A DNA stretch of 53,617 nucleotides, from the IMG/VR virus record IMGVR_UViG_3300024181_000006, positions 1 through 53,617 of that record. One strand, given 5' to 3'. This DNA is from a virus (taxonomy: Duplodnaviria; Caudoviricetes). This document shows, piece after piece, positions 29,359 to 39,256 of the stretch. Both the position numbers and the translations under genes were made by a program. The stretch's first letter is position 1, and each line of letters starts with the position of its first letter. Below the pieces are notes generated by a model, which saw only the letters and a program-made list of their open reading frames with translations, had not been told where the DNA came from and did not search any database.

Positions 29359-30921
29359 TTAGATTTTTACAGTATTCCAACACAACATGGCCATACTCAT
29401 CGATTTTGACGTTAAGTTCGCTCCGAAACTCATCAGGTCCTGCTCTTTTAGCTGACATATTCTTTTATCCATCCACTTTCGTATAAGGGATTTAAGTAAT
29501 GGTTTATCTGAGATAAAGTGAGCAATTTTCGGGCCAAACTTAATGTAACCCCTGAGTAACCAATTAGGAGCTTTTGTCATAAGCCATGTTCTAAAGAGCA
29601 TCCATTTAGGATTTTCTTCACCATAGACTTCTCTAGCAACCCAACATAGAGCAGCACCAGCAACTCCACCTGCTAGATTACCAACAGAACCCATAACTTG
29701 TCCGAGATAATCAGCCCAATCTTTCTTCTGAGCATTAATCTGTTTCATTCCCAGAGTGAATTGATTTTGCTGACCCTGTAATCCAGTCATGTTACCCATT
29801 AAGCCAGACATAACATTGTTTGCAGTTTGGTCAGGCTGTTGAACGCCTGTAAATTGACCAGCACCTTGATTAGTTGTTGAAGGTCTACCAGTAGCAACTT
29901 GAAATACATCAACACCAGATTTTGCAGTAGGTAGAAATGATGATGCTGTAGATATAGCAGAACCAAGCAAGGATTGTTGTTGCACTTTTCTCTGATATCC
30001 AGCTTGACCATACTGCATTGCATTAGCTACAGTTTCAGTAGCAGAAGGAGCATTTGCAGTTCCACGAGCATAGCTATCTCTAGCTAATCCTTGAGCTATC
30101 TCATTACGTTCCGTATCAGATAATCCACCATTAAGATTGATACTACCAAGCAAATCTTGCAATCTTCCAGCAGTAGTAGCACGAGTATCATAGTATGGTT
30201 TATCAAATACCTGCGATAGACCATATGCTTGATTAACTAAATCTGCACCAGGTCCAGCCATTACCTGACGTTCAGTATTAGCCTGTGCTAATGCATTCTG
30301 TCTATTAATAGCATTACCAATAGCATTAAGTTGTGGCCCATATTGATTAAACAATTGGGTCATCAACTGTGCATATCCGGGAGATGTAGCCTGAGAAATT
30401 CCTAAATCGGACAGCGAATTCTGAAGTTTACCCTTATTAGTAGCATCAAGAAGATATGGTAAAAGTGTCTGTAGAGTCCTAATCTGATTAGCTTGACCTA
30501 CAGCTGGACCTTTCCATTGCTGATTAGCACCAGGAACATTAGATACAGGAGTTGGATTCTGATATGGTGCTTTATTAGGGTCAGTAGAGTAAACTTGTCC
30601 ATTCTTGATGTATGGATTAAATGATGGCTTATTTCCTCCACCACCAAATAGACCACTAAGTAATCCAGTTGGGTCCATAGCATCCCACATATTGAAGTTA
30701 CCAGAAGTTAAGTCTGATAACTGTTGTGCTCCAGGACCTGCCATAAATCCCATGTCACCGAGAAATCCTCTTCCATTAGTTGCACCACTCATAGGCTGAT
30801 TAGGATTTCCAGCATATCTAGGAGGAGTATATCCACCCGGTAAAAATGATTGTGGATTATAGTTCTGTCCAGGAGGAAGAACTGGAACAGCTGCACTGTA
30901 TAGGTCTGAATAGTCAGGCAT
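29359..30921 (-). CDS. Internal virion (ejection) protein with C-terminal CWVAREVYG domain
   Basis: G/Q/N/A-rich helical body; CFI-box-CTERM-like tail. Confidence 0.6.
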   Translation of the reverse strand: MPDYSDLYSAAVPVLPPGQNYNPQSFLPGGYTPPRYAGNPNQPMSGATNGRGFLGDMGFMAGPGAQQLSDLTSGNFNMWDAMDPTGLLSGLFGGGGNKPSFNPYIKNGQVYSTDPNKAPYQNPTPVSNVPGANQQWKGPAVGQANQIRTLQTLLPYLLDATNKGKLQNSLSDLGISQATSPGYAQLMTQLFNQYGPQLNAIGNAINRQNALAQANTERQVMAGPGADLVNQAYGLSQVFDKPYYDTRATTAGRLQDLLGSINLNGGLSDTERNEIAQGLARDSYARGTANAPSATETVANAMQYGQAGYQRKVQQQSLLGSAISTASSFLPTAKSGVDVFQVATGRPSTTNQGAGQFTGVQQPDQTANNVMSGLMGNMTGLQGQQNQFTLGMKQINAQKKDWADYLGQVMGSVGNLAGGVAGAALCWVAREVYGEENPKWMLFRTWLMTKAPNWLLRGYIKFGPKIAHFISDKPLLKSLIRKWMDKRICQLKEQDLMSFGANLTSKSMSMAMLCWNTVKI

Positions 30922-30924
30922 AAT

Positions 30925-31251
30925 CTATTGGCTTTCTTGAATGTATCCAGCAGTTTTCATTGCTGTTCTTAAGTCTTGGTATGATTGGTCAAGAGCAGCA
31001 ACTTGTGCTTTCAAAGTATTAAACTGTGCAAGGGATGGCAAATACACTTCTACCCCATCGATATTCAACAATTCTGTGTTTGTTGTATTGTCAAATGGTG
31101 ATGGCACATATTTTGCGTTTGCAGCAGGAGTAAACGTGGCAGTCATCTGAATACCCTGCCAGTAGTTAGACCATGCAGCAGCATTAATAAACCAATAATC
31201 ATTATCGGGTAATGCTGGAACTACGAGTGCTAGTTGTGCTGTAAGTGCCAT
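30925..31251 (-). CDS. Small virion/tail protein
   Basis: Position in the tail block; C-terminal short coiled coil. Confidence 0.5.
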   Translation of the reverse strand: MALTAQLALVVPALPDNDYWFINAAAWSNYWQGIQMTATFTPAANAKYVPSPFDNTTNTELLNIDGVEVYLPSLAQFNTLKAQVAALDQSYQDLRTAMKTAGYIQESQ

Positions 31252-31254
31252 ATG

Positions 31255-32976
31255 CTATTCTTGATTTGTGTAAACTTGTTGCTGTTGCTTTCCTGATGTT
31301 TGAGCACCAGTATTATCAGATGAATACTCATACTCAATTAGTTGAGCATCATTGTTCCATATGATAATACAAGAAATCTTCTTTCCTCTTAGACCTTCTG
31401 TTAGAGAGAACATTGGATTATCTACCTGCTGGTCAGTATCAGGTCTAATTGGAGGTCTAACTGGAAATTTAACACCGGAGACAACACCCTTTAAAGGTTT
31501 AGTTTCCGTATTATTAGCAGATAATTGCTCATCTACTGTCTCTAAAACTGTGCATCTTCCGTCGAATGTTCCAGAGTTAAACATAAGTCTAAGATACGTG
31601 CTCTTATGCTCAATAGTCGTAGTCTTAAGTCCGCCTTCATTAGATGGTTCCGAAGCAGTGTAAGCCTTAGTCTTAAGCATTGCTGTCTCTGTTGTTGGAC
31701 CAGCGAATAATTGAAATAATTCATCGTTCCATGTGATAGCATAAAGCTTAGAGGTAGTCAGGGTTTCAACTATGGCAAACTGTTTAATCTGAGATACAAC
31801 AGTAATATCCAGAGCTACCCACTTCTCATAGAGCGTATCATAGATACACATGATATTACCATAACGTGTATCAAGATTGAAAATAGCATAATCATCGAAC
31901 GAAACACAGACTGAACGAGTCTGTTTTATCTTCTTTGTGGCGCTAGTCTTGAGTAACTTAGATATACTCAAGCTGAAAACGCTATTTCTTCCACGAAATC
32001 TAAGTTGCTGGACAGCATTGAATGACCTAACACCATCGAAATCAATAGAGGCTGTGTCATTGAGAATATCAACAACGGCGTATTGATTGATAATCCCTGA
32101 AGTAAGCTTAGTAGTAACACTGAATCTAGGTTCTCCGAAGATTGTAATTGTATAATCGAAGGTGCAGATTCGTGTATTTCTTGCTGTGCCATAGATGAAT
32201 GATTGAGGGATTGATGTAGCTTGTAGACAGGTGATGATATCAGAATCAAACTGGAATGCAACATTATCTGCTCTACCCTGTAATGGGTCAGATAACTTGT
32301 TACCATTAAAATCTACAATAACCATGAAATCTAGAGGTCTACCAGTGATTGACCTAAAGACCTTAGTTCCATCTGAAGATACAATAAAGAGTATTCCATC
32401 AATAAAAGCCATCTGTTTACCAATAGGAACATACTCTCTGTCATTCAAATCCTGCGATACATTAGACCATTGTGCATAGTCATGAGATTGTCTGGCTGTA
32501 AAGACTTGATTAACTGTATCATAAATAATCAACCAAGGCTGTGTGATACCATCTTGCACAACTACACACTGGGGAGTGCCGGACACTTTAAAGTCTGTAG
32601 TAAGATTGATTGGCGAATTGATATTTGTAGCAGCCTTACGCACAAAGTGCATATTGGATTCTGGAACAGCTTGAGTCCAATATTGGTCTACTAAACCATC
32701 CATTGCAAAGTCTTGAAGTCTTGTCCAAGCAGTATCTCCATCTTGCTTGTAATATGCAAGTCCTCCAACAAATGCTAGCAAAGTATTCCCTACACCAGTT
32801 ATATTCTGAACTTTTCCTACAGGTAATCCATCAGTTAAATCTTGATGCTTAAGAATTGGTTCGTTATAACCAAATCTCTGTCTAGCATTGATTAACCAAA
32901 GATACTCACCCTGACTTAATGCCGTGTCAGAGGCAAGAAGGTTAAGATTAGTAAATACTGCTTGTGATGCTAACAT
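31255..32976 (-). CDS. Tail nozzle / stabilisation protein (beta-propeller type)
   Basis: 573 aa, beta-rich, follows the adaptor-like gene. Confidence 0.6.
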   Translation of the reverse strand: MLASQAVFTNLNLLASDTALSQGEYLWLINARQRFGYNEPILKHQDLTDGLPVGKVQNITGVGNTLLAFVGGLAYYKQDGDTAWTRLQDFAMDGLVDQYWTQAVPESNMHFVRKAATNINSPINLTTDFKVSGTPQCVVVQDGITQPWLIIYDTVNQVFTARQSHDYAQWSNVSQDLNDREYVPIGKQMAFIDGILFIVSSDGTKVFRSITGRPLDFMVIVDFNGNKLSDPLQGRADNVAFQFDSDIITCLQATSIPQSFIYGTARNTRICTFDYTITIFGEPRFSVTTKLTSGIINQYAVVDILNDTASIDFDGVRSFNAVQQLRFRGRNSVFSLSISKLLKTSATKKIKQTRSVCVSFDDYAIFNLDTRYGNIMCIYDTLYEKWVALDITVVSQIKQFAIVETLTTSKLYAITWNDELFQLFAGPTTETAMLKTKAYTASEPSNEGGLKTTTIEHKSTYLRLMFNSGTFDGRCTVLETVDEQLSANNTETKPLKGVVSGVKFPVRPPIRPDTDQQVDNPMFSLTEGLRGKKISCIIIWNNDAQLIEYEYSSDNTGAQTSGKQQQQVYTNQE

Positions 32977-33965
32977 TATGATTGGACGTTGTGGTCAACA
33001 TTTGTAACAGAACCCGGAAAGTAACGATACTTGCGGAACAATCCGTAGAATTTATTTCTACCGAACTGTATCCTCTTCATTATTCCTTGCTCAGATGAAT
33101 CTTTAGCAGCTTCTATCATAGCTAGTGCCGCCACTCGATATCCTTGGGCATCTTGTTGTCTACTCTGGATATTCCTAAGATACTGATACATTGACATTGA
33201 ATACCAGGGTTCATCATAATCTTCTCCAGCATAAAATGAATCTGTATCATTCTTAAGTTTTGTCTTGGGAAGCTTATATAGAACATCAATAAGAGAACCT
33301 TGGTCTACAGTATCAAGAGTCCAGAAGATTAGAGATACATCAACCCATTTATAACGAGTCTTAGTTTGATTATTGCCAAGCACTGCAAGCAAAGTGCCAT
33401 CAACTGTCTGAGTTGCTAGAACATCAAATACTCTATCATCTCCAGAGGAGATTGATGTTACATCTGTAAAGATGTTAGTGGTTGAATTAGAACCATTGGA
33501 TAAAGTGATATCTTCCTCGATATAAGTAGAAGATGCAGTAGGACCAGCAATCTTATAAACTATATCTGCTTCATTAGTTTCAACATTGCTATTTGGAATA
33601 GAAAGAGTTATCTGGGAGGCTTCTGTCATACTCAACTGTATAGCAGATTCGCCCAAGTCTCTCCAATTCTTAAACTTGTGAGCAAGTGTAGTTGAGACGT
33701 ATCGTGGTTGAGATATAGCATTTAAATCAAATGGCAACTCATTAGTGTGCATTCTCATGCCACGTAATTCACCAATAAAGGAAGGAAGAGTAACAACCTT
33801 ATTAGGTGGAACTACAAGTGTAACTTCTCGATACATTTTATTGCATTCGAGAAGCTTGTGCATCTCTTCAGCTGCTTGCCCCATATGAGCAAGTATAGTC
33901 TCCCTCTTCTGGACAACATGAAGTCCAGTATCAGCTGAAATTCTTTTAAGAACGTCTAGTAACAT
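32976..33965 (-). CDS. Head-tail adaptor (tail tubular protein A-like)
   Basis: Helical N- and C-termini around a beta core; position. Confidence 0.55.
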   Translation of the reverse strand: MLLDVLKRISADTGLHVVQKRETILAHMGQAAEEMHKLLECNKMYREVTLVVPPNKVVTLPSFIGELRGMRMHTNELPFDLNAISQPRYVSTTLAHKFKNWRDLGESAIQLSMTEASQITLSIPNSNVETNEADIVYKIAGPTASSTYIEEDITLSNGSNSTTNIFTDVTSISSGDDRVFDVLATQTVDGTLLAVLGNNQTKTRYKWVDVSLIFWTLDTVDQGSLIDVLYKLPKTKLKNDTDSFYAGEDYDEPWYSMSMYQYLRNIQSRQQDAQGYRVAALAMIEAAKDSSEQGIMKRIQFGRNKFYGLFRKYRYFPGSVTNVDHNVQS

Positions 33966-33966
33966 A

Positions 33967-35076
33967 TTATGTTAGCTTGATGATTATCACTTTGGTGTAT
34001 ACTTCGACACTCGCTGCTGGAAAGTTAGCTCCACCATTTGAAGCTGCTAGTCCAAGTTTTCCTAGCGCGGCGGAAGAATGCATATCTATGCGAATTGTTT
34101 CTCCTGGTGCTGAGATATTAATAATACCTTCAGCAATAGTATATTTAGTATTACCTCCATTTGCAGCTACAACTGAAGTTCCTTGAACTAATAAGGAATT
34201 ATCTGAATCCTTTTTAATGTAGGATTGTAAACTAATTGCTCCACCATTAGGAACAAAAGGAATAATTGCTTTGATGTAGTAATTGCCAACTGCAACAAAA
34301 TTGATTTTGCCAGCAGCAAGAGTAACCAATCCTCTGTTATCAGAATTAACAGTATTGATATCTCTTGTATTCTGTCCTGCTGCTATATTCCCTAAATCAA
34401 CAGTTTGAGGTGCTTGTTCAGCTAATGCTGCAAACGATTGATGCAGAGCATTGATTGTGGGAATGTTAGTGTTTACTACAGTATTAACTTGTCCCGATAG
34501 AGTAGCAACTGAAGCAGTAAGATTAGCAACATCAGTAGTTGCTTGGTCAGCAGAAGCTTTAGCTTGATTTGCTGTTGTAACTGCTCCCGCAATCTGATTT
34601 AAAGCATTCTGAGAATTGGTATTTGCGGTGTTAGCTGTCGTGTTTGCTTGATTGGCAATAGTCTGAGCATTAACAGCGGTAGATTGAACTGTTGCTATTT
34701 GATTAGCAAGATTGGTAATCTGAGTTTGAAGTCCAGCAGTATCAGATATAACTTGAACCCATTTCAGGAAAGTGATATGGTTAGGAGCATTATCATTCCA
34801 AACATAGAGTATAGGAACGAAGGTTAATGCAACAGGATGAGGAATTCTAGTCCAAGTATAACGTTTCCACTTAGTAGCACCAAGTCCTGTAGGGTCAGGA
34901 ACTCTTGGAGTATCAATAGCAGAATCAATTGACCACAGATTTAATCCTTTACCTTCAAAGATTGTATCAGCTATAGGAGCAGCTAAATCAACTAAATCAT
35001 TGTGGTCGCCACCTGTTGCTGGATTGATTCCAGTAAAGTCTATGCCATGAGCTAAATCTTGAATTGTAAATGCCAT
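33967..35076 (-). CDS. Tail fibre/spike
   Basis: A/N/T/Q heptad coiled coil followed by a beta-sandwich-like C-terminus. Confidence 0.65.
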   Translation of the reverse strand: MAFTIQDLAHGIDFTGINPATGGDHNDLVDLAAPIADTIFEGKGLNLWSIDSAIDTPRVPDPTGLGATKWKRYTWTRIPHPVALTFVPILYVWNDNAPNHITFLKWVQVISDTAGLQTQITNLANQIATVQSTAVNAQTIANQANTTANTANTNSQNALNQIAGAVTTANQAKASADQATTDVANLTASVATLSGQVNTVVNTNIPTINALHQSFAALAEQAPQTVDLGNIAAGQNTRDINTVNSDNRGLVTLAAGKINFVAVGNYYIKAIIPFVPNGGAISLQSYIKKDSDNSLLVQGTSVVAANGGNTKYTIAEGIINISAPGETIRIDMHSSAALGKLGLAASNGGANFPAASVEVYTKVIIIKLT

Positions 35077-35088
35077 AAGTAAATGTGA

Positions 35089-35799
35089 TTAGTTATCTAG
35101 CCAAACAATATCATCCTGTGTGTAAGGTAAATTTTCTGGCAAAGCAACACCTAGGGTATGAGTAGCTATTGGAATACTAATAGGGTCAATAGCTTGATAA
35201 ATTACAGCAGCATCATCAGCTGTAACAGGATTACTCTTAATTGAGGTTTGAATTAGGATGGGTGTAGCAAATCCTGAAGTTTTTCCAAGCTGTCCAGATG
35301 CAACTTGGTCAAAGAATGAAGTCCAGAATTCTATAACACAATTTGCAGGAATTACTTGATTTGAGTAATCAGGCATTGATGGAACAAATGAAACCTTGTT
35401 CTGATGATTAATATAATACTGTAGAGGCCCTTTCCATTGCTTATTCAGGAAGCAATATCTCTTAACAGCAGTTCCATTTCTCCATTTAATAGCACCTACA
35501 GATTGCATTCCACGAGTAACTATCCCAGAGGTCTTGAATGCAGGAGCACCAGATACACCAATAATGTAGAATGGTGCAGGCATTGTAATGTTGTATTGAA
35601 ATACAAGCCTACCTCCGATAGCTCCAGATACTTGATAAGGTTGCAACTGGATATACCAATAGAGTTTCTTGATAGCTCTAGTTGGAACCTTCCCATAGAA
35701 TTTATCAAAGGGAATATTAGCGTTGAGTGCTTCAGTATACGAAGCTACTCTAACTGGACCTTTATCCAGGTATTTCACTACATCAACAAAATCACTCAT
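35089..35799 (-). CDS. Hypothetical virion protein
   Basis: 236 aa in the late operon. Confidence 0.55.
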   Translation of the reverse strand: MSDFVDVVKYLDKGPVRVASYTEALNANIPFDKFYGKVPTRAIKKLYWYIQLQPYQVSGAIGGRLVFQYNITMPAPFYIIGVSGAPAFKTSGIVTRGMQSVGAIKWRNGTAVKRYCFLNKQWKGPLQYYINHQNKVSFVPSMPDYSNQVIPANCVIEFWTSFFDQVASGQLGKTSGFATPILIQTSIKSNPVTADDAAVIYQAIDPISIPIATHTLGVALPENLPYTQDDIVWLDN

Positions 35800-35821
35800 A
35801 CGCTAATATCCCATTCCAACC

Positions 35822-36070
35822 CTAGATACCCGACTTATCCCCCAGAACAGCTAACTCGGCAGCTTTCTCATCTAGCTCAGCTTGAGTTAAAGGATTTCCC
35901 TGAATCATTCCATCAACAGCAGCAACTAAGCCTGGAACAACTTTGCCCACAGCTTTACCGATAGCAATGAATGGAACTAATTGAGGGTCAAGGATACCAG
36001 CATAGTCAGCAGCAATACTGATATCAGTGACAACGTTGTTTAGAAGGTCTTTCAATTCAGCTTGTGTCAT
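35822..36070 (-). CDS. Hypothetical protein
   Basis: 82 aa, amphipathic. Confidence 0.6.
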   Translation of the reverse strand: MTQAELKDLLNNVVTDISIAADYAGILDPQLVPFIAIGKAVGKVVPGLVAAVDGMIQGNPLTQAELDEKAAELAVLGDKSGI

Positions 36071-36074
36071 AAAT

Positions 36075-36473
36075 TTATGGTTGATTGTTCTTAACGTAAT
36101 TAACCAGCCATACGATATTGCTACCGTTAGCTAACGTAGAAGCTACTACAGCTTGAACTTCTGCCTTTGTAACTAAATTGGATTGATAGGCTAGAAGCCA
36201 ACTATCAAGCACTCCAATAGAGGCAGCATATTCCAGACGCGCCTGCTTAATCTTAAGACGCATCTCTTCGAGTTTAGCTAGTGCATTAGTATCACCAGCA
36301 TATGTATTAGTTGCCTGTATATAGTAGTTGGTCCATCCAACATATGCACCATATACTAGGTGTGTAGTAGTTATCTCTCCTCGTTGCGTGTTAGTCACGA
36401 AATTAGCGCATCCACAAAGGACTGCTAATGACAACATGGAAACAATAACAACTTTTGTTATTTCTTTTCTCAT
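36075..36473 (-). CDS. Lipoprotein (possible spanin-like)
   Basis: LSLAVLCG-C lipobox; helical; near the holin. Confidence 0.6.
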   Translation of the reverse strand: MRKEITKVVIVSMLSLAVLCGCANFVTNTQRGEITTTHLVYGAYVGWTNYYIQATNTYAGDTNALAKLEEMRLKIKQARLEYAASIGVLDSWLLAYQSNLVTKAEVQAVVASTLANGSNIVWLVNYVKNNQP

Positions 36474-36495
36474 TTGTTTTTTGTTTAACGGTTCT

Positions 36496-37023
36496 TTACC
36501 AAAAGTTACGAATGATGAGATTTGTCATACCATATCCCAGATGAAATTCATATTGGGATACTTGAGCATTAGTAACATAGTTTACTCTAGCTCCTGTAGT
36601 TGTCCGGCACTCAGTAGGAACAGTTACAGTATGAGTTGAATTATCATGATTAGTGAACCATATTGTTGAGCATGGGTCATTAGTAGCAAAGCTTCCTGTA
36701 TACGTAAATCCAGTTATGGTAATGTTCCCAGAGACAGAATCAATGGTAAATCCATAACTTTGATTAGTTGATAAGTCAACTGTGCCTGCGTTGGCCCATA
36801 CATTTGTAGTTGGATGAAATGAGGGAAAGATTGCATTTCCATTACCTAGAACATTGGAAACTCCAGAAAGTCCAGGATATTCAGATAATACAAATGGAAT
36901 GTTAGTCCTAATAACAATCATTGTCCTGTTGGTAGTCCACAGGGCATTTGTGTTAGTAGACTGTGCTCTAGCCAGATTAAGGCTTAGAAGCAGTGGAATC
37001 AGTATCAGTGGTAGATTTTTCAT
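36496..37023 (-). CDS. Secreted Thr/Asn-rich protein
   Basis: MKNLPLILIPLLLSLNLARA signal peptide (start re-called from 37053). Confidence 0.7.
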   Translation of the reverse strand: MKNLPLILIPLLLSLNLARAQSTNTNALWTTNRTMIVIRTNIPFVLSEYPGLSGVSNVLGNGNAIFPSFHPTTNVWANAGTVDLSTNQSYGFTIDSVSGNITITGFTYTGSFATNDPCSTIWFTNHDNSTHTVTVPTECRTTTGARVNYVTNAQVSQYEFHLGYGMTNLIIRNFW

Positions 37024-37378
37024 CTTTAGTAAATGTTCGAGTATCAGAACCAAATTTCTCTTTGAACCATCTCTCTATTCTGTAGAGAAAATAGTAATGT
37101 GCTCCCCAAGCTAGGGCAGCAATAACTAGACCTACAAGTAAATTACGTCCAACCCAAACTCTGGCAGACATTGTTGTAGACCTTGCATCAGCGATAAACA
37201 TCATGAAGAGTGGCCCCCAAAGTAGAATTACTAAGGGTATACTATCATTCGGAAACCTCTTGATAAACTTGAGAAGGTATCCAAGTCCAATACAAGAGAA
37301 GAATACAAGTGCACCAGCATTTAATCCTTCAAGTTTATTGAGAATTGATAGTATATTTTCTAGCCAATCGAAGCTCAT
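36977..37378 (-). CDS. Holin
   Basis: Three TM helices, FPNDSIPLVIL motif, charged C-terminus. Confidence 0.7.
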   Translation of the reverse strand: MSFDWLENILSILNKLEGLNAGALVFFSCIGLGYLLKFIKRFPNDSIPLVILLWGPLFMMFIADARSTTMSARVWVGRNLLVGLVIAALAWGAHYYFLYRIERWFKEKFGSDTRTFTKDEKSTTDTDSTASKP

Positions 37379-37629
37379 TGATGGTGATTACCCTTCTCCA
37401 TAGCTAACTCTATGGCAATTATTCGTGAACGAAGCAGATTCATTTCTGCCTTGATTGTTAGCATGTCTGTATCGTATTCTTTACGACTAATCATGTTAGC
37501 TTTGATTTCGATTACTGTGTCGTAAGTATACTCTGCTTTCATTACGGTCTTTTGACCAAAGAACCCCACCATTCCCATCAGACTGATGATAAATATGGTA
37601 TTGATGTTCATTTTGCGACTTGGAGTCAT
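37375..37629 (-). CDS. Single-TM coiled-coil protein (lysis cassette)
   Basis: N-terminal TM helix plus coiled coil, next to the holin. Confidence 0.55.
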   Translation of the reverse strand: MTPSRKMNINTIFIISLMGMVGFFGQKTVMKAEYTYDTVIEIKANMISRKEYDTDMLTIKAEMNLLRSRIIAIELAMEKGNHHQ

Positions 37630-37683
37630 AGTTTACAGCATTAAGGTTCATTTGTCTTGTAATGATGGGTTCAGTGACAAATC

Positions 37684-38214
37684 TTACTGAGGTATAGATG
37701 GTCGCACAGCAGGTTCTTGGAGTGCTCTACCGATTCTGAGTTTAAAGTATTGTTCATCCATTCCTGGCATAAGAGCATAATACATATTAGTATCAAGAAA
37801 TGTTCCATTAGGAGTAGGAGATGATTGAACAGTAAGAACTACAACAGGTTTCATTGTAGGCGGAGGAGGTCCAGCAGGAGCATTATAGTTCACTTCATTA
37901 CTGAATGGACTCTCTAATCCATTGTTATCTTGAGCAGTAACAGCAAAGTAGAATGAAACTCCTCTGGTTGGTAGAAGGAAAGTATAGTTGGTTACATTAC
38001 CACATGCAATTCTGTTGGTATATTGAAGTGACCCTACACCAACATATATATTATAGTTGGTTAGATTTGGCCTATTAACTGGATACCATCCCAGTGTTAC
38101 ATTTGCTGGTGGGTTAGTGTTAGGATAAAGGAACAATGTTTGTGCCCCTAACGAAGGAAGCACGACAGCGAAGAATGCTATACAAGCGAGTGTTTTGGTT
38201 AGTTTTGATTTCAT
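37684..38214 (-). CDS. Secreted fibronectin type III protein
   Basis: Signal peptide MKSKLTK..LGA; VTLGW..YNIYVG..YFAVTAQDNNGLESPFSNEV; start re-called from the ATGA overlap. Confidence 0.8.
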   Translation of the reverse strand: MKSKLTKTLACIAFFAVVLPSLGAQTLFLYPNTNPPANVTLGWYPVNRPNLTNYNIYVGVGSLQYTNRIACGNVTNYTFLLPTRGVSFYFAVTAQDNNGLESPFSNEVNYNAPAGPPPPTMKPVVVLTVQSSPTPNGTFLDTNMYYALMPGMDEQYFKLRIGRALQEPAVRPSIPQ

Positions 38215-38504
38215 TGAATTATTCTGGCGTTTGTTGGTGAAGGTATAGGATTTGTCCAAACTGCTATTGGTGTATTGGTATCTCCATCCATATACCATTC
38301 GATTCTAACTGGAGGATTAAAACCGCTCACAAGAGCAGTTAAATCTACTATATTACTGATAACCGTCCCATCAGGAGGATAGAGTATAGAGACTGTTAAT
38401 GGTGGATTAGAACCAATCACCATTATTAAACTGATACAAGTAAGAAAGAAAATTGTCTTAGATTCTTTTCTTATGTTAGAGCGTATGGTAGAGAAAGCTT
38501 TCAT
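38211..38504 (-). CDS. Ig-like (Big) domain protein with hydrophobic leader
   Basis: PPLTVSILYPPDG..VDLTALVS..RIEWYMDG. Confidence 0.65.
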   Translation of the reverse strand: MKAFSTIRSNIRKESKTIFFLTCISLIMVIGSNPPLTVSILYPPDGTVISNIVDLTALVSGFNPPVRIEWYMDGDTNTPIAVWTNPIPSPTNARIIQ

Positions 38505-39256
38505 TAAGGTATACCTCCGTAGGTATTAGTTGAGTAACGATGAACTGCTGCAATATCAGAAGCAGTAAATGTTACACCAGTATAACCTAAAATCTCGAAA
38601 ATGTATCCGCTGTAATATTGAGAACTACCTGAGTAGGCACCCATAAACTGAGTTGTGAAGGTCCCAGGATTTCCACCAGTCGCGCTCAACACTCCATTAG
38701 TGTAGAATTTATTATCAGCATTAAAGATAATATCATTTGTGCCGAACGTTATCGCGCTACTTATTGTAGTTCCAGAGCCACCACCATTTACTTCTCGCCA
38801 TGTTGTATTTGCGTAGTTAAGTTCAAATCCTATGCCAAACGCGGCACCAAACAGCAAACCAAAGGTTCCAGCAGGAGCACGATTAATAGGTCCCTGAATA
38901 GCAACTAGAACTATCCCATTAGACCAATCAATAGTAGATGGGCCATTACTAGCTTGTAGGAAGTTATTTGTTCCAGCAAAGTAAACTCCATTAGGTGTCC
39001 ATGTAGGAGCTAATGGAGTAGAAGCAGCATAATTAGTCCAGTTTCGGTGAACTACTTGGTCCTGCCAGTTAGTGACATATCCATTTGCATTGGTATTCAC
39101 TCCAAGATTATAAACCCATCGAAATAGAAGATTACCACTATTAGGTAACGCAGGAGGAATAGAGCCTTGTGCCATGAATGCTTGGTCATTCATAGTTAAA
39201 GGTTGTGCTATTGTGCTAGCACAGCAAAACAGGAAAGCTGGAAGTAGTCTAGTCAT
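38504..39256 (-). CDS. Secreted LamG/ConA-like protein
   Basis: Signal peptide; VTNWQD, FYTNG, YSGYIFEILGY. Confidence 0.7.
   Translation of the reverse strand: MTRLLPAFLFCCASTIAQPLTMNDQAFMAQGSIPPALPNSGNLLFRWVYNLGVNTNANGYVTNWQDQVVHRNWTNYAASTPLAPTWTPNGVYFAGTNNFLQASNGPSTIDWSNGIVLVAIQGPINRAPAGTFGLLFGAAFGIGFELNYANTTWREVNGGGSGTTISSAITFGTNDIIFNADNKFYTNGVLSATGGNPGTFTTQFMGAYSGSSQYYSGYIFEILGYTGVTFTASDIAAVHRYSTNTYGGIP

Noticed and set aside
34480-34730. Repetitive A/N/T/Q-coding stretch as a DNA repeat element
   Set aside because: Protein-level coiled-coil heptads of the tail fibre
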